From: a virus
IMG/VR virus record: IMGVR_UViG_3300027793_000055
Coordinates: 123,751 to 187,750 of that record
Strand: one strand, 5' to 3'
Length of the DNA: 64,000 nucleotides
The notes below the pieces were generated by a model. It did no database searches. It was not told the DNA's origin and saw only the letters and a program-made list of their open reading frames with translations. Positions 35,570-44,025 of this stretch are shown one piece after another; position 1 is the first letter of the stretch; the number at the start of each line of letters is the position of its first letter. The translations under genes and the position numbers were made by a program.

Positions 35570-35751
35570 TTTTCATAACGAATCATGAAAAGCAGATGTT
35601 CTTCATTGATATGATCATCTCCTTGTTCATCTGACCAAGTAAGTTTCATTTCGACTGTTTGATCTTTCCTATGTTCTAGATTCTTGATTTCTGTAATAAG
35701 GGCAGTTCTTCCAGAATTGCTAATAATAAGATTACCAACTTTAAAACTCAT
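35551..35751 (-). CDS. small SH3/KOW-like protein
   Basis: FKVGNLIISNSGR; start moved to 35751. Confidence 0.7.
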   Translation of the reverse strand: MSFKVGNLIISNSGRTALITEIKNLEHRKDQTVEMKLTWSDEQGDDHINEEHLLFMIRYEKWFIQK

Positions 35752-35764
35752 AAATCCTCCATTA

Positions 35765-36115
35765 TCACAGATCAAACTCGATTTGACGCACAAGTCTAAT
35801 TCCAAAAGGTGTATCAAAAGCACCTTTTTGTGTATAGTCATCTTGATCTTCACCAAGAATAGTCAGACTATATCCTTCATTTTCTTCAGGATCTTCACTA
35901 TCTTCAAGATCAGCCAAGAATGTCATAATTCCATCAACAAGCTCATACCCATCGTACCATTTTACATCTGGCCAACGAAACAGTGTCCATCCGTTTTTTT
36001 CGTAACGATCACAGCCTTGCAAGAGTTCAAGTATGATTTCATCTGAAAGTACTTGTACCATTTTCTTTACATTCTTTTCAGTAAGAGCGATAAACACATC
36101 TGAACGATAGCCCAT
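35765..36115 (-). CDS. conserved phage hypothetical protein
   Basis: MGYRSDV, KWYDGY, LGED.DD motifs. Confidence 0.8.
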   Translation of the reverse strand: MGYRSDVFIALTEKNVKKMVQVLSDEIILELLQGCDRYEKNGWTLFRWPDVKWYDGYELVDGIMTFLADLEDSEDPEENEGYSLTILGEDQDDYTQKGAFDTPFGIRLVRQIEFDL

Positions 36116-36156
36116 ACTCGTCCTCCAATCGTATTAACAAGAACAGCCCTTTACCT

Positions 36157-36186
36157 ATCCTAGCACGGGATCGGTCGGGCTGTCAA
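36157..36186 (-). promoter_or_regulatory. sigma70 promoter P10 (GATC in spacer)
   Basis: TTGACA-18-TAGGAT. Confidence 0.75.
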
Positions 36187-36303
36187 GTATTATGTTACTG
36201 CTTATAATAGTGGTACTAACAAAACAGGAATGGAACCTGTTTCTCACATAAACAGCGTGAGGTTTATTAATAAGCTTATATCAGTATAGATAACTATTTT
36301 ATA

Positions 36304-36474
36304 TTATTTTTTAAACTCGTGTGAAAGAGAAACTTCAATAAAACCACCTGGTAATTCTAAAAAAGCTTCTGCTACACTTTCTGACCAACCTTCTATCAAC
36401 TCAATACGGTTTGTGATTTCTTCTTCGGAGAGCGTTTGATCAAACTGAAAATCAAAAGTCACACAAAGTTTCAT
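36304..36474 (-). CDS. small hypothetical protein (56 aa)
   Basis: manual translation MKLCVTFDFQFDQ... Confidence 0.5.
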   Translation of the reverse strand: MKLCVTFDFQFDQTLSEEEITNRIELIEGWSESVAEAFLELPGGFIEVSLSHEFKK

Positions 36475-36496
36475 GTTACTAAGTAGTTAGTAACTA

Positions 36497-36901
36497 TCAA
36501 ACAGCAGTCAGTTTATACTTCTTCCCGTCAATCTCCACAACCTTGCCTTCACAAGTATCTGACTTCAACTTTTCAAGCCCGTTATGCTGTAGGGCGAGGG
36601 CGAAGGCGAAGGCGAGGGAGAGGGTGAAGGGGAAGGCGAGGGGGAGGGCGAGGGCGAAGGCGAAGGCGAGATTGTGCTTTCCATCAAAGTCAAAAACAGA
36701 ACTATTATTTACAAAAATAATATCGCCTTTGCGGGTGAACTTGTATTCCTGCCTGTTCTTGACGGGCGAATAACCATGTACCTTACGAAGTCGGTTTGTT
36801 TCCTGAAACCAAAAATCATTCAACACATATTCAGTGCCTTCTTCCATATTGTAGAAGGTGTTGCGAATAGCAGCATCAGTTTGTTCAATAGTGAGTGACA
36901 T
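36497..36901 (-). CDS. hypothetical protein with CEGKVVEIDGKKYKL C-terminus and internal repeat insert
   Basis: ORF track; GGAG SD. Confidence 0.7.
   Translation of the reverse strand: MSLTIEQTDAAIRNTFYNMEEGTEYVLNDFWFQETNRLRKVHGYSPVKNRQEYKFTRKGDIIFVNNSSVFDFDGKHNLAFAFALALPLAFPFTLSLAFAFALALQHNGLEKLKSDTCEGKVVEIDGKKYKLTAV
36593..36670 (+). repeat. 13 x GGNGAR hexamer tandem repeat
   Basis: ggcgag ggcgaa ggcgaa ggcgag ggagag ggtgaa ggggaa ggcgag ggggag ggcgag ggcgaa ggcgaa ggcgag. Confidence 0.95.
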
Positions 36902-36934
36902 ATTATCTCCCGATGTGTTTGTTATAGTTATATT

Positions 36935-37093
36935 TCACTGAACAATATATTCTGCCGGAATATTCTCAATAATGATCTCGTCTTGAGGAACATGAACAAC
37001 AGGAATATTCTTCTTTACTGCAACAGTTTCAGTAGTTTCAGCATCGGGCTGAATAAAGATAGAAAAGATAAAAACAAAAACATTAGAAAGCAT
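36935..37093 (-). CDS. small secreted/membrane peptide
   Basis: start moved to ATG 37093 because track start overlaps tRNA-Ile. Confidence 0.5.
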   Translation of the reverse strand: MLSNVFVFIFSIFIQPDAETTETVAVKKNIPVVHVPQDEIIIENIPAEYIVQ

Positions 37094-37131
37094 ATGTAAT
37101 ATCCTCTTGGTTGATAATAACAGTTTGTATA

Positions 37132-37208
37132 TGGTAGACCCCTTGGGAATCGAACCCAATTCATAGAGACTTATAAGATCCCTTGTGATAACCAAACACC
37201 CGAGGTCC
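37132..37208 (-). tRNA. tRNA-Ile(TAT), atypical, CCA encoded
   Basis: GGACCTC/GGGGTCT acceptor, loop CT-TAT-AA, TTGGG-TTCGATT-CCCAA, A73-CCA. Confidence 0.8.
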
Positions 37209-37213
37209 ACAAA

Positions 37214-37238
37214 TATCCGTTTTGATGTAGAACGGATA
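37214..37238 (-). repeat. tRNA 5'-leader hairpin, copy 2
   Basis: TATCCGTT/AACGGATA stem. Confidence 0.75.
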
Positions 37239-37251
37239 AACTACCAGATAT

Positions 37252-37470
37252 TCACTCTGCCGGTGTAGACAAATCTGACAAATACTTATCATTCATCCTA
37301 TCAATGTCAATATCAAGACCGACAAGATGGACAATCCTAGTAAGACAATAAGCTACCTCGTCCATATCTTCGGATGCTAGCCAGCCAGCATTCTCAAGAG
37401 TATTGAGATGTTCCACAAGATCCTCAATATCATGAGCAGCCTTTTCCATGCTTGGGTTGTTATGAATCAC
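37252..37470 (-). CDS. hypothetical early protein
   Basis: GTG start after GGAGG; follows P11. Confidence 0.65.
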   Translation of the reverse strand: MIHNNPSMEKAAHDIEDLVEHLNTLENAGWLASEDMDEVAYCLTRIVHLVGLDIDIDRMNDKYLSDLSTPAE

Positions 37471-37510
37471 AGCATTCCTCCGTTTTGGTTCCGATCTGCA
37501 ACCGTGAGCC

Positions 37511-37539
37511 ATCATAGCACAGATCACTCGCCACGTCAA
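37511..37539 (-). promoter_or_regulatory. sigma70 promoter P11 (GATC in spacer)
   Basis: TTGACG-17-TATGAT. Confidence 0.8.
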
Positions 37540-37559
37540 GTGCTGTGCTACCGCAGTAT

Positions 37560-38162
37560 TTACTTTATGATTTTTTTGGAAGAAGTATAAAATTTACCAT
37601 CAGTAAAGCCTGGTGGTATTTTTTTTAAAGTTTCTTCTTTATCTCCAGCATCATGAACTACAAACTCACCAATAAGTGCTGTTTGGATATTAAAATTATC
37701 ATGTTTCAAGGCTTGTAACAGTTTATCGATGGTAACTGTCATAGAAAAACCATTTGGATAATCAGGACTACATACAATTACATTAGCATAATTTGTAGTT
37801 ATCGCACCTTTTAAAGAAAAATAGTTTCTTAATGGCTTAAGGCACTGATCGATTATAAAACTTTTATTAACTGACTCCCAACGAATTTGTTTAATATAAA
37901 AAAGACCAGTCTCTGCATCTTCTCTACTTCTAACAGGTGAACTGAAATCTTTATATTTTAATTCAATTAGTGAATTAATATAGAAACCGGTTTTATCTAG
38001 AAGCTCAAGAAACTCATTTCGACTCTTAGAATTAACTGCTTCAATATTTTTCAATTGATTTAATCTTAATACACAAGTTTTTGTTGTATGTCCCGGTGTC
38101 TGACAGAAGGAGCAACAATGTTTTTTCTCAGTCATCTTTTCGTTTTTCTTGTATAGCTTCAA
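37560..38162 (-). CDS. CCHC zinc-knuckle protein
   Basis: CSFCQTPGHTTKTC; resembles C-part of 28161-28751. Confidence 0.7.
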   Translation of the reverse strand: MKLYKKNEKMTEKKHCCSFCQTPGHTTKTCVLRLNQLKNIEAVNSKSRNEFLELLDKTGFYINSLIELKYKDFSSPVRSREDAETGLFYIKQIRWESVNKSFIIDQCLKPLRNYFSLKGAITTNYANVIVCSPDYPNGFSMTVTIDKLLQALKHDNFNIQTALIGEFVVHDAGDKEETLKKIPPGFTDGKFYTSSKKIIK

Positions 38163-38194
38163 TAATCATTGATATAAAAACATACCCGGTTGGT

Positions 38195-38252
38195 AAAAAA
38201 AAAGTAAATAATATGGAAAGTGTTAAAAACATATAACATATTCCATATTATT
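38195..38252 (-). terminator. long AT-rich hairpin + T-tract
   Basis: AATAATATGGAA/TTCCATATTATT 12-bp inverted repeat. Confidence 0.55.
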
Positions 38253-38256
38253 TATT

Positions 38257-38577
38257 TCAAGCAGCTTGCTGTGAACCGGCTTTTGTTTTCTTTTGTTTTG
38301 GAATAGTTTGGCCTTTTATTTTAAGTTCCTCTATTTCTTGTAATAATTTAACTCTTTCGGTTCTAAGATTTTCAATCATTATTTCAAGATTTTTATTAGC
38401 TGCTGTAATAGTATTGATATTTTTTTGTATTATTTCATTTTTATCTTCTAGATCCATTATTCTATTGCCTCTTTTGTGTATTTCTGTAGCTTGACTTTTT
38501 ATAATTTCAATTAATTGTTCTTTTAGGTGTTCATTATTTAAACTAGCAGCTACTTTTGACGCTATATCATTTTGCAT
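38257..38577 (-). CDS. coiled-coil protein
   Basis: ORF track. Confidence 0.75.
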   Translation of the reverse strand: MQNDIASKVAASLNNEHLKEQLIEIIKSQATEIHKRGNRIMDLEDKNEIIQKNINTITAANKNLEIMIENLRTERVKLLQEIEELKIKGQTIPKQKKTKAGSQQAA

Positions 38578-38597
38578 AATATTTTCCTTTTTGTTAA

Positions 38598-39878
38598 TTA
38601 ACAGTCAGTTCCAACCCAATAGTTTAGAGTATCAATCATTTGGTTTGGACTTGAAGAAAGATATTCTAAAAATCCACCACATCTTTGCGTTAGTTCAACC
38701 CAAAGAGTTTGATCAAATATATTATATTCAATAAAAGCTCCTATAATATAGTTTTGCTCGGTACATTGTGCCACAACCATTTCTATCGCTTCACGCACTG
38801 TTTGTGCTATATCTTGTTGCAACGTTTCATCGCTAAATATAACAACTTTTCTTTCATTGTCTTCTGACCATGATAATGAGTTTGGACTACCAGCTAAACT
38901 TGCTTCATAAACAGCACTTAGTTGATATTCAATGAAACCTTGATGACTTGCTGTATTTGCTTGTCTAACCACAGAACAAGCAGTTCTGGAATCAGTAAAA
39001 TCAGTTAGAACTTTTATTTGTCTTGAATTCGGCTGAATGTCTGTGTATCCTATACCTATTACAGCAAAACGACTTGTTTGTAACACACCTTGTGATGACC
39101 AGCTACAAAGAGCATTTGCAACTTGATCTATAGTGTAATCCATAGAACCAGAAAAGTCTATGATGAAAACAAAGTCATTTGCGATTCCGCCATTTTCGTT
39201 TTCATCTATTGCACCATCACAGTCATCATCATCGCCATTTCCACAGATTTCTGTGGTTGGAGTTCTCATATTTCTTATTGATTCTCTGCCGTCAACACAT
39301 TCTTTATATCCAGCACGACATTCACCAACATTGATTGTGTCGGGATCTCCTTCATAAACATATCTTTCTTCATTGTTGAAGAGTGGATCATCTATTGTGT
39401 CTTCATCTATCTCGCCATCGCAATCATTGTCTAAGTTATCGCAAACTTCTTCACCATATGAATCTGGATAAGAACATTGCCAAGAACCCTCAATACATTC
39501 TTGTATTGCATATTCACATACACCAAGACCAATACAAGTATTTTTTGAACTGTGTGCTGGTATAATGATTGGCAATCCGTTCCAGCGGTCATCAACAAAA
39601 CCATTGCAATCATCATCAATATTATTGCAGGTTTCTTGTTGTTTTTTTATTTCACCCAAACAAACAAGATTATCTTCGCTATCTCTTGCTGTCAAACCAG
39701 TTGAGCAAGAACCAATATTCAAATCTTCGTGCTTTGGATCGTCAACATTTATCTCTATCACATTACCACTAACATCAGTATAACAGGGATTTTGTAAAAC
39801 TTCTTTGAGAGGTTCTTGTTCGCAGTTACAAGAACTAAAAGCTAAAAAGAAAAGTATTACAAAACTACTGTTTCTCAT
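38598..39878 (-). CDS. lipoprotein with myxococcal-type Cys/Asp repeats and vWA domain
   Basis: LAFSSC lipobox; CNNIDDDCNG, CDNLDNDCDG, CGNGDDDDCDG; IDFSGS MIDAS. Confidence 0.8.
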   Translation of the reverse strand: MRNSSFVILFFLAFSSCNCEQEPLKEVLQNPCYTDVSGNVIEINVDDPKHEDLNIGSCSTGLTARDSEDNLVCLGEIKKQQETCNNIDDDCNGFVDDRWNGLPIIIPAHSSKNTCIGLGVCEYAIQECIEGSWQCSYPDSYGEEVCDNLDNDCDGEIDEDTIDDPLFNNEERYVYEGDPDTINVGECRAGYKECVDGRESIRNMRTPTTEICGNGDDDDCDGAIDENENGGIANDFVFIIDFSGSMDYTIDQVANALCSWSSQGVLQTSRFAVIGIGYTDIQPNSRQIKVLTDFTDSRTACSVVRQANTASHQGFIEYQLSAVYEASLAGSPNSLSWSEDNERKVVIFSDETLQQDIAQTVREAIEMVVAQCTEQNYIIGAFIEYNIFDQTLWVELTQRCGGFLEYLSSSPNQMIDTLNYWVGTDC

Positions 39879-40053
39879 TTTCCTCTCCGATTATATATTT
39901 TCTAATTTCTGGTGTTTGTGATTTTAGCCATTCCTTTATCAGTTTATCGGATGCTTCAATGTAAGTCAAACCCGCATCACAATAAAAACAAGAACTTTTT
40001 TTGCCAAGGCAAACCGAACATATTGATTTTATGTAAAGTTTGCCATCATTCAT
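39865..40053 (-). CDS. small zinc-finger protein
   Basis: CSVC...CFYC. Confidence 0.7.
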   Translation of the reverse strand: MNDGKLYIKSICSVCLGKKSSCFYCDAGLTYIEASDKLIKEWLKSQTPEIRKYIIGEENEKQ

Positions 40054-40054
40054 A

Positions 40055-40390
40055 TTAGATTTGAGGTAGTGATGTGTAAGTAAATCTAACTACACCCGGA
40101 ATAGAGAGTGCCTGACTCCTTACTTTTTCAAGTATGGCGTTAGTAGATCCTTCTGGCAAATATTCACCGTCTATCTTAAGAGACATACGTGTTGTATTGT
40201 GTAATTGTTTTTCTAAAGTCTCTTCAGCTTTTACGATTGTTACACCCTCGATACCACGTATACGAGAAAGATAATCAGTAACAGTCATATCTTGTTTTTT
40301 AGAAGTTACAACCACAGCCTCAACTTTGATAATTTTATCACCAACACGTTCTTGAATATTGTTTCTAAAATTTTCAAATAGTTTGTACAT
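40055..40390 (-). CDS. hypothetical (probable virion) protein, ferredoxin-like fold
   Basis: IRGIEGVTIV, IPGV; Glu-ended leader. Confidence 0.7.
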   Translation of the reverse strand: MYKLFENFRNNIQERVGDKIIKVEAVVVTSKKQDMTVTDYLSRIRGIEGVTIVKAEETLEKQLHNTTRMSLKIDGEYLPEGSTNAILEKVRSQALSIPGVVRFTYTSLPQI

Positions 40391-40415
40391 ATTAGTAATT
40401 ATAATGCTGAAAGGT

Positions 40416-40439
40416 AAAAGCAGCCAGTTGGCTGCTTTT
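40416..40439. terminator. bidirectional terminator
   Basis: AAAAGCAGCC-AGTT-GGCTGCTTTT. Confidence 0.8.
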
Positions 40440-40440
40440 C

Positions 40441-40800
40441 TTATTTTATTTCTATTAATCTTGTTTTGTCCTGTTTTGATTTTTCTTGGACTATTATACT
40501 AAGAATTCCATTTTTACATTCTGCTGTGATACTCTTAATATCGATACTGTCAGATAATCTCCATTTACGAGAAAACTTTTTGTCTTTTAGTTCAGATGTT
40601 AATGTCAAAACATTATTGCTGATATCTAATTTTAGATCTTCTTTTGAATATCCCGGTACAACAACTTCTATTTTTGTAGAGCCGTTATCTTGTTTTGTCA
40701 CAGAGTCATATACAAAGGCATCATCGATAATTCTTGCTTGATGAGCCAATATGTCATTTAAGAAACTTGATAAATTATTTGTATACAGCATACAATACAT
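40441..40800 (-). CDS. small heat shock protein (Hsp20)
   Basis: VPGYSKEDL, FSRKWRL, AECKNGILSI. Confidence 0.85.
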   Translation of the reverse strand: MYCMLYTNNLSSFLNDILAHQARIIDDAFVYDSVTKQDNGSTKIEVVVPGYSKEDLKLDISNNVLTLTSELKDKKFSRKWRLSDSIDIKSITAECKNGILSIIVQEKSKQDKTRLIEIK

Positions 40801-40842
40801 CTCCTATTTGGGAACAGTTGAGTCCCACTTTGGTTATGTTAA

Positions 40843-41310
40843 TCACATTTCTTTATTGTCAAGTGGTTCTTTTTCCTTTTTTTCTTTCTTTATTTTAACA
40901 CCGGATTGAATTGGTGCTTCACCCCAAAAATGTTCATTATCGTGTTGGTTTGTTAAAAACTGTGCTATAATAAAAGGTTTTCCATTTTTAATTTTAAAAT
41001 CAGCTTTATATGGCTCTAGTTTGCCATATTTTGGCGTAGGATCTTTTTTCTGGAACTTCTTTCTTTCTGGCGGTGTGTTAAGATGATTTAAGATACGTTG
41101 TAAAATATCTTTTTCATTTAGATAAGATTCTTTAATAAGAGTAGGCCAATCGATATCAATGTATCCAAGAACAACCCATTTAGAAGAACCAAAACCATCT
41201 ACTTCCCAATGCATCGACTGTGAATATCTACCAGATCTGGTTTCTTCTGTACAAGAATTATTAATTTGTCGAAAATCACACGTGATTGTTGTCATAGAAG
41301 TCTCAGTCAT
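40843..41310 (-). CDS. hypothetical protein
   Basis: ORF track. Confidence 0.75.
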   Translation of the reverse strand: MTETSMTTITCDFRQINNSCTEETRSGRYSQSMHWEVDGFGSSKWVVLGYIDIDWPTLIKESYLNEKDILQRILNHLNTPPERKKFQKKDPTPKYGKLEPYKADFKIKNGKPFIIAQFLTNQHDNEHFWGEAPIQSGVKIKKEKKEKEPLDNKEM

Positions 41311-41581
41311 TTAATAGAATCCTTCCTGTGTTACGACTAATTCTCTCGTTTAATTCTGTAAAACCACCAATAACGGTTTCATTATTGTTTTCATCAATAG
41401 CTATTACAATTGGTACAGTTGGCCAATTATAATTTGATTTCTGCTCTTGTAGAAACTGATCCCCTTTATCTGCGGCAACTACAATAAATGGAATCTTATT
41501 TTGTGTCAAAAGATTAACAGCCTTCTTACAAAAAGGGCAGTCAACTTTGATAATCAATTTATACATTTTTGGATTTATCAT
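41303..41581 (-). CDS. glutaredoxin
   Basis: CPFC, TVP, IGGFTEL. Confidence 0.9.
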   Translation of the reverse strand: MINPKMYKLIIKVDCPFCKKAVNLLTQNKIPFIVVAADKGDQFLQEQKSNYNWPTVPIVIAIDENNNETVIGGFTELNERISRNTGRILLND

Positions 41582-41922
41582 TTCTTGACCTTTGTTAGTG
41601 TTTTTTCTACTTCTTCAAAAGAGGAACAAACAAGAATCTGCGAACTTACATTACCATTATTAAAGATAAGTAAGGTTAATTCTTTATCTATCAGTTGTGT
41701 AGTATCTGTTGGATATGTAGTGTATTCTGGATCTGGATAGTATTCTTTAATGGAAGTCTTTTTAGCTACGGAAAGATTCGTTAGATTGATAATTTGTTTT
41801 TCTACAGAAGCTTTAAATCCTTGTACTTTTCTGTTTTTTTCATCTGTTAAGATAGTTGCTTCTCTATTGACAACGTCCATCGTTATAAACATCGGATACC
41901 TCGTATATGTGTTTTTTATCAA
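41578..41922 (-). CDS. hypothetical protein
   Basis: ORF track. Confidence 0.65.
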   Translation of the reverse strand: MIKNTYTRYPMFITMDVVNREATILTDEKNRKVQGFKASVEKQIINLTNLSVAKKTSIKEYYPDPEYTTYPTDTTQLIDKELTLLIFNNGNVSSQILVCSSFEEVEKTLTKVKK

Positions 41923-42103
41923 TTATCCAATAATCACCATCATAAAAAACTGTTGCAGTTTTATCATCAAACATATCAACTATAACAGCTAATTGTGGTA
42001 GGGCAGTTATTTTCTGCCTTTTAATTAATTTCTCTTCTTTAGAGGCCCAAAGAAGATGGGTACCAGCCGGTACCCATACAAGTTCACCCACCTTGCGATT
42101 CAT
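41864..42103 (-). CDS. small SH3/KOW-like protein
   Basis: RKVGELVWV. Confidence 0.65.
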   Translation of the reverse strand: MNRKVGELVWVPAGTHLLWASKEEKLIKRQKITALPQLAVIVDMFDDKTATVFYDGDYWIIDKKHIYEVSDVYNDGRCQ

Positions 42104-42368
42104 TTTTTTGTTCTGGGTTTAAAACTTTCTCATATCCATCAAGGATGGTTTCACAATCTGTGATTCTTACAAAGATTTTCTGCAGAATTTCTTTTGTTGA
42201 TGAGAGTTGTGTTTTTGAGACAGTGTTTTTTCCTGTAGAAAGAAATTGTTTAGCAGAAGTTAAAATTGACTCAACAATTTGAAGTTCATCACTAACTGTA
42301 TTAAGTACATTTGCAACTTCTTTAGGAACATCTTTAATATCGGCTGTATAACTAATTTTTACTTGCAT
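42084..42368 (-). CDS. hypothetical protein
   Basis: ORF track. Confidence 0.7.
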   Translation of the reverse strand: MQVKISYTADIKDVPKEVANVLNTVSDELQIVESILTSAKQFLSTGKNTVSKTQLSSTKEILQKIFVRITDCETILDGYEKVLNPEQKNESQGG

Positions 42369-42378
42369 ATATTTCCTT

Positions 42379-43965
42379 TCATATATCGATAACTGCGTGA
42401 TCGGTCGTTATTAGAGTACCGGCTGCTGACGCTGCATTTTGCAATGCACACCGTGTAACTTTCACGGGATCAATAATGCCGGCTTCGTAAGCATTAATAA
42501 AACGCTCGTTGACAACATCATAACATGCATCATCATCACTGTCAAGTGCTTGTTGTAATACAACGTCTGGTTTTCCACCAGCATTTTCTACTATTGTTCT
42601 GAGTGGTTGTTGACAGGCTTTCACAACAATATCAACACCATATCTTTCTGCTTGAAAATCTACTTTAACGTGCATCCTATTGTCTTTTGCTATCTTAGCT
42701 AGTGTTATACCCGAACCGGGTACTATTCCTTCATCTAGGGCCGATTTAACCGCTTCTAGAGCATCTTCAATACGGTGTTTCTTCTCAATCATTTCAATCT
42801 CTGTTGGTGCACCAACATTAATCACCGCAATACCAGAAGCAAGACGTGTAATACGCTCCATCGATGGTTTACAAGAATCAATATCATTTGAGTTTGATAT
42901 TTCTTCTTTCAAAGCAGAAATTCTTTCCTGAATCTTTGTCGAGTCGCCTTTACCGCCCATAATAATTGTTTGTGTCTTTGAACACTCGATTGATTTAGCT
43001 TTACCTAAATCTTTCAGTTTGGCAGAGCGAATATCACCACCACTTAATCTTGTAAAATATGTAGCTCCAAGTGAAAGTGCAAGATCACTTAGAATATTTC
43101 TACGTTCTTCACCATATCTTGGTGCTTTAATGGCAGCAACAGCCATAGTACCACGAAGTGAATTCATTATAAGTGCAGCAAGTGCTTGTCCTTCAATTTC
43201 TTCTGCAATAACAATCAATGGTTTGCTTTCACGAGCAGCAATTTCTAGTACCGGCAGTAGTTGTTCTACAGTATCGATACGCTCATCGGTGATCAAAAAA
43301 TAAGGTTCATTATAGCTTAAAATACCTTTTCTCTCGTTAGTAACAAATTGTGAAGATGCAAACCCAGAATCAAAACGAAAGCCTTCTACAATATCAAGGC
43401 TCGTTTGCATTGACTTTGCTTCTTGAATAAGAATTGAGCCATCCTTGCCAACAAGATCAACGGCTTTTGCAATTAGCTTACCAATGCTTTTATCACCATT
43501 TGCTGAAATGGTTGCTACACGCTCTAAATCCTGTTCATCTGAAACAGGCTTTGACCACGATGGCATTTCATTAATAAAGAATTCAACTGCTTTATCAATA
43601 CCGCGCTTTAAATCAATTGGTGAAATACCAGCAGCTAGAAATGGCTGTGCTTGCACAAGAATAGAATGTGCTAAAACTGTTGCTGTTGTTGTACCATCGC
43701 CAGCAGAAGCAGCAGATTGACGAGCAACTTGTTTAATAATTTGTGCTCCAACATTTTCAAATGGATCATCAAGTTCTATAAATTCACTTACCGTGACACC
43801 ATCTTTTGTAATAATTGGGTTCTTACCTTTTGCGTGTAGAATTACATTCTTGCCACGTGGACCCATAGTTGTTTTAACATTATTAGCTAACTTTGTAACA
43901 CCATCTAAAATCTTTTTGTTTAGTGATGAACCATTATCAAATACTTTTGACATTACAAACTCCAA
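42379..43965 (-). CDS. groEL: chaperonin GroEL
   Basis: TMGPRG, TKDGVTV, GDGTTTATVLA, DPVKVTR.ALQNAAS. Confidence 0.95.
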   Translation of the reverse strand: MEFVMSKVFDNGSSLNKKILDGVTKLANNVKTTMGPRGKNVILHAKGKNPIITKDGVTVSEFIELDDPFENVGAQIIKQVARQSAASAGDGTTTATVLAHSILVQAQPFLAAGISPIDLKRGIDKAVEFFINEMPSWSKPVSDEQDLERVATISANGDKSIGKLIAKAVDLVGKDGSILIQEAKSMQTSLDIVEGFRFDSGFASSQFVTNERKGILSYNEPYFLITDERIDTVEQLLPVLEIAARESKPLIVIAEEIEGQALAALIMNSLRGTMAVAAIKAPRYGEERRNILSDLALSLGATYFTRLSGGDIRSAKLKDLGKAKSIECSKTQTIIMGGKGDSTKIQERISALKEEISNSNDIDSCKPSMERITRLASGIAVINVGAPTEIEMIEKKHRIEDALEAVKSALDEGIVPGSGITLAKIAKDNRMHVKVDFQAERYGVDIVVKACQQPLRTIVENAGGKPDVVLQQALDSDDDACYDVVNERFINAYEAGIIDPVKVTRCALQNAASAAGTLITTDHAVIDI

Positions 43966-43976
43966 TCTGTCGGTCT

Positions 43977-44004
43977 ATTATACTCACATCGTAGAAGAAG
44001 TAAA
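43977..44004 (-). promoter_or_regulatory. sigma70-type promoter upstream of groEL
   Basis: TTTACT-16-TATAAT. Confidence 0.55.
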
Positions 44005-44025
44005 GAGGCTTTTCAGCCTCTTTCT

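Noticed and set aside
37094-37210. N-terminal part of track ORF 36935-37210
   Set aside because: Overlaps tRNA-Ile; the plausible start is ATG 37093
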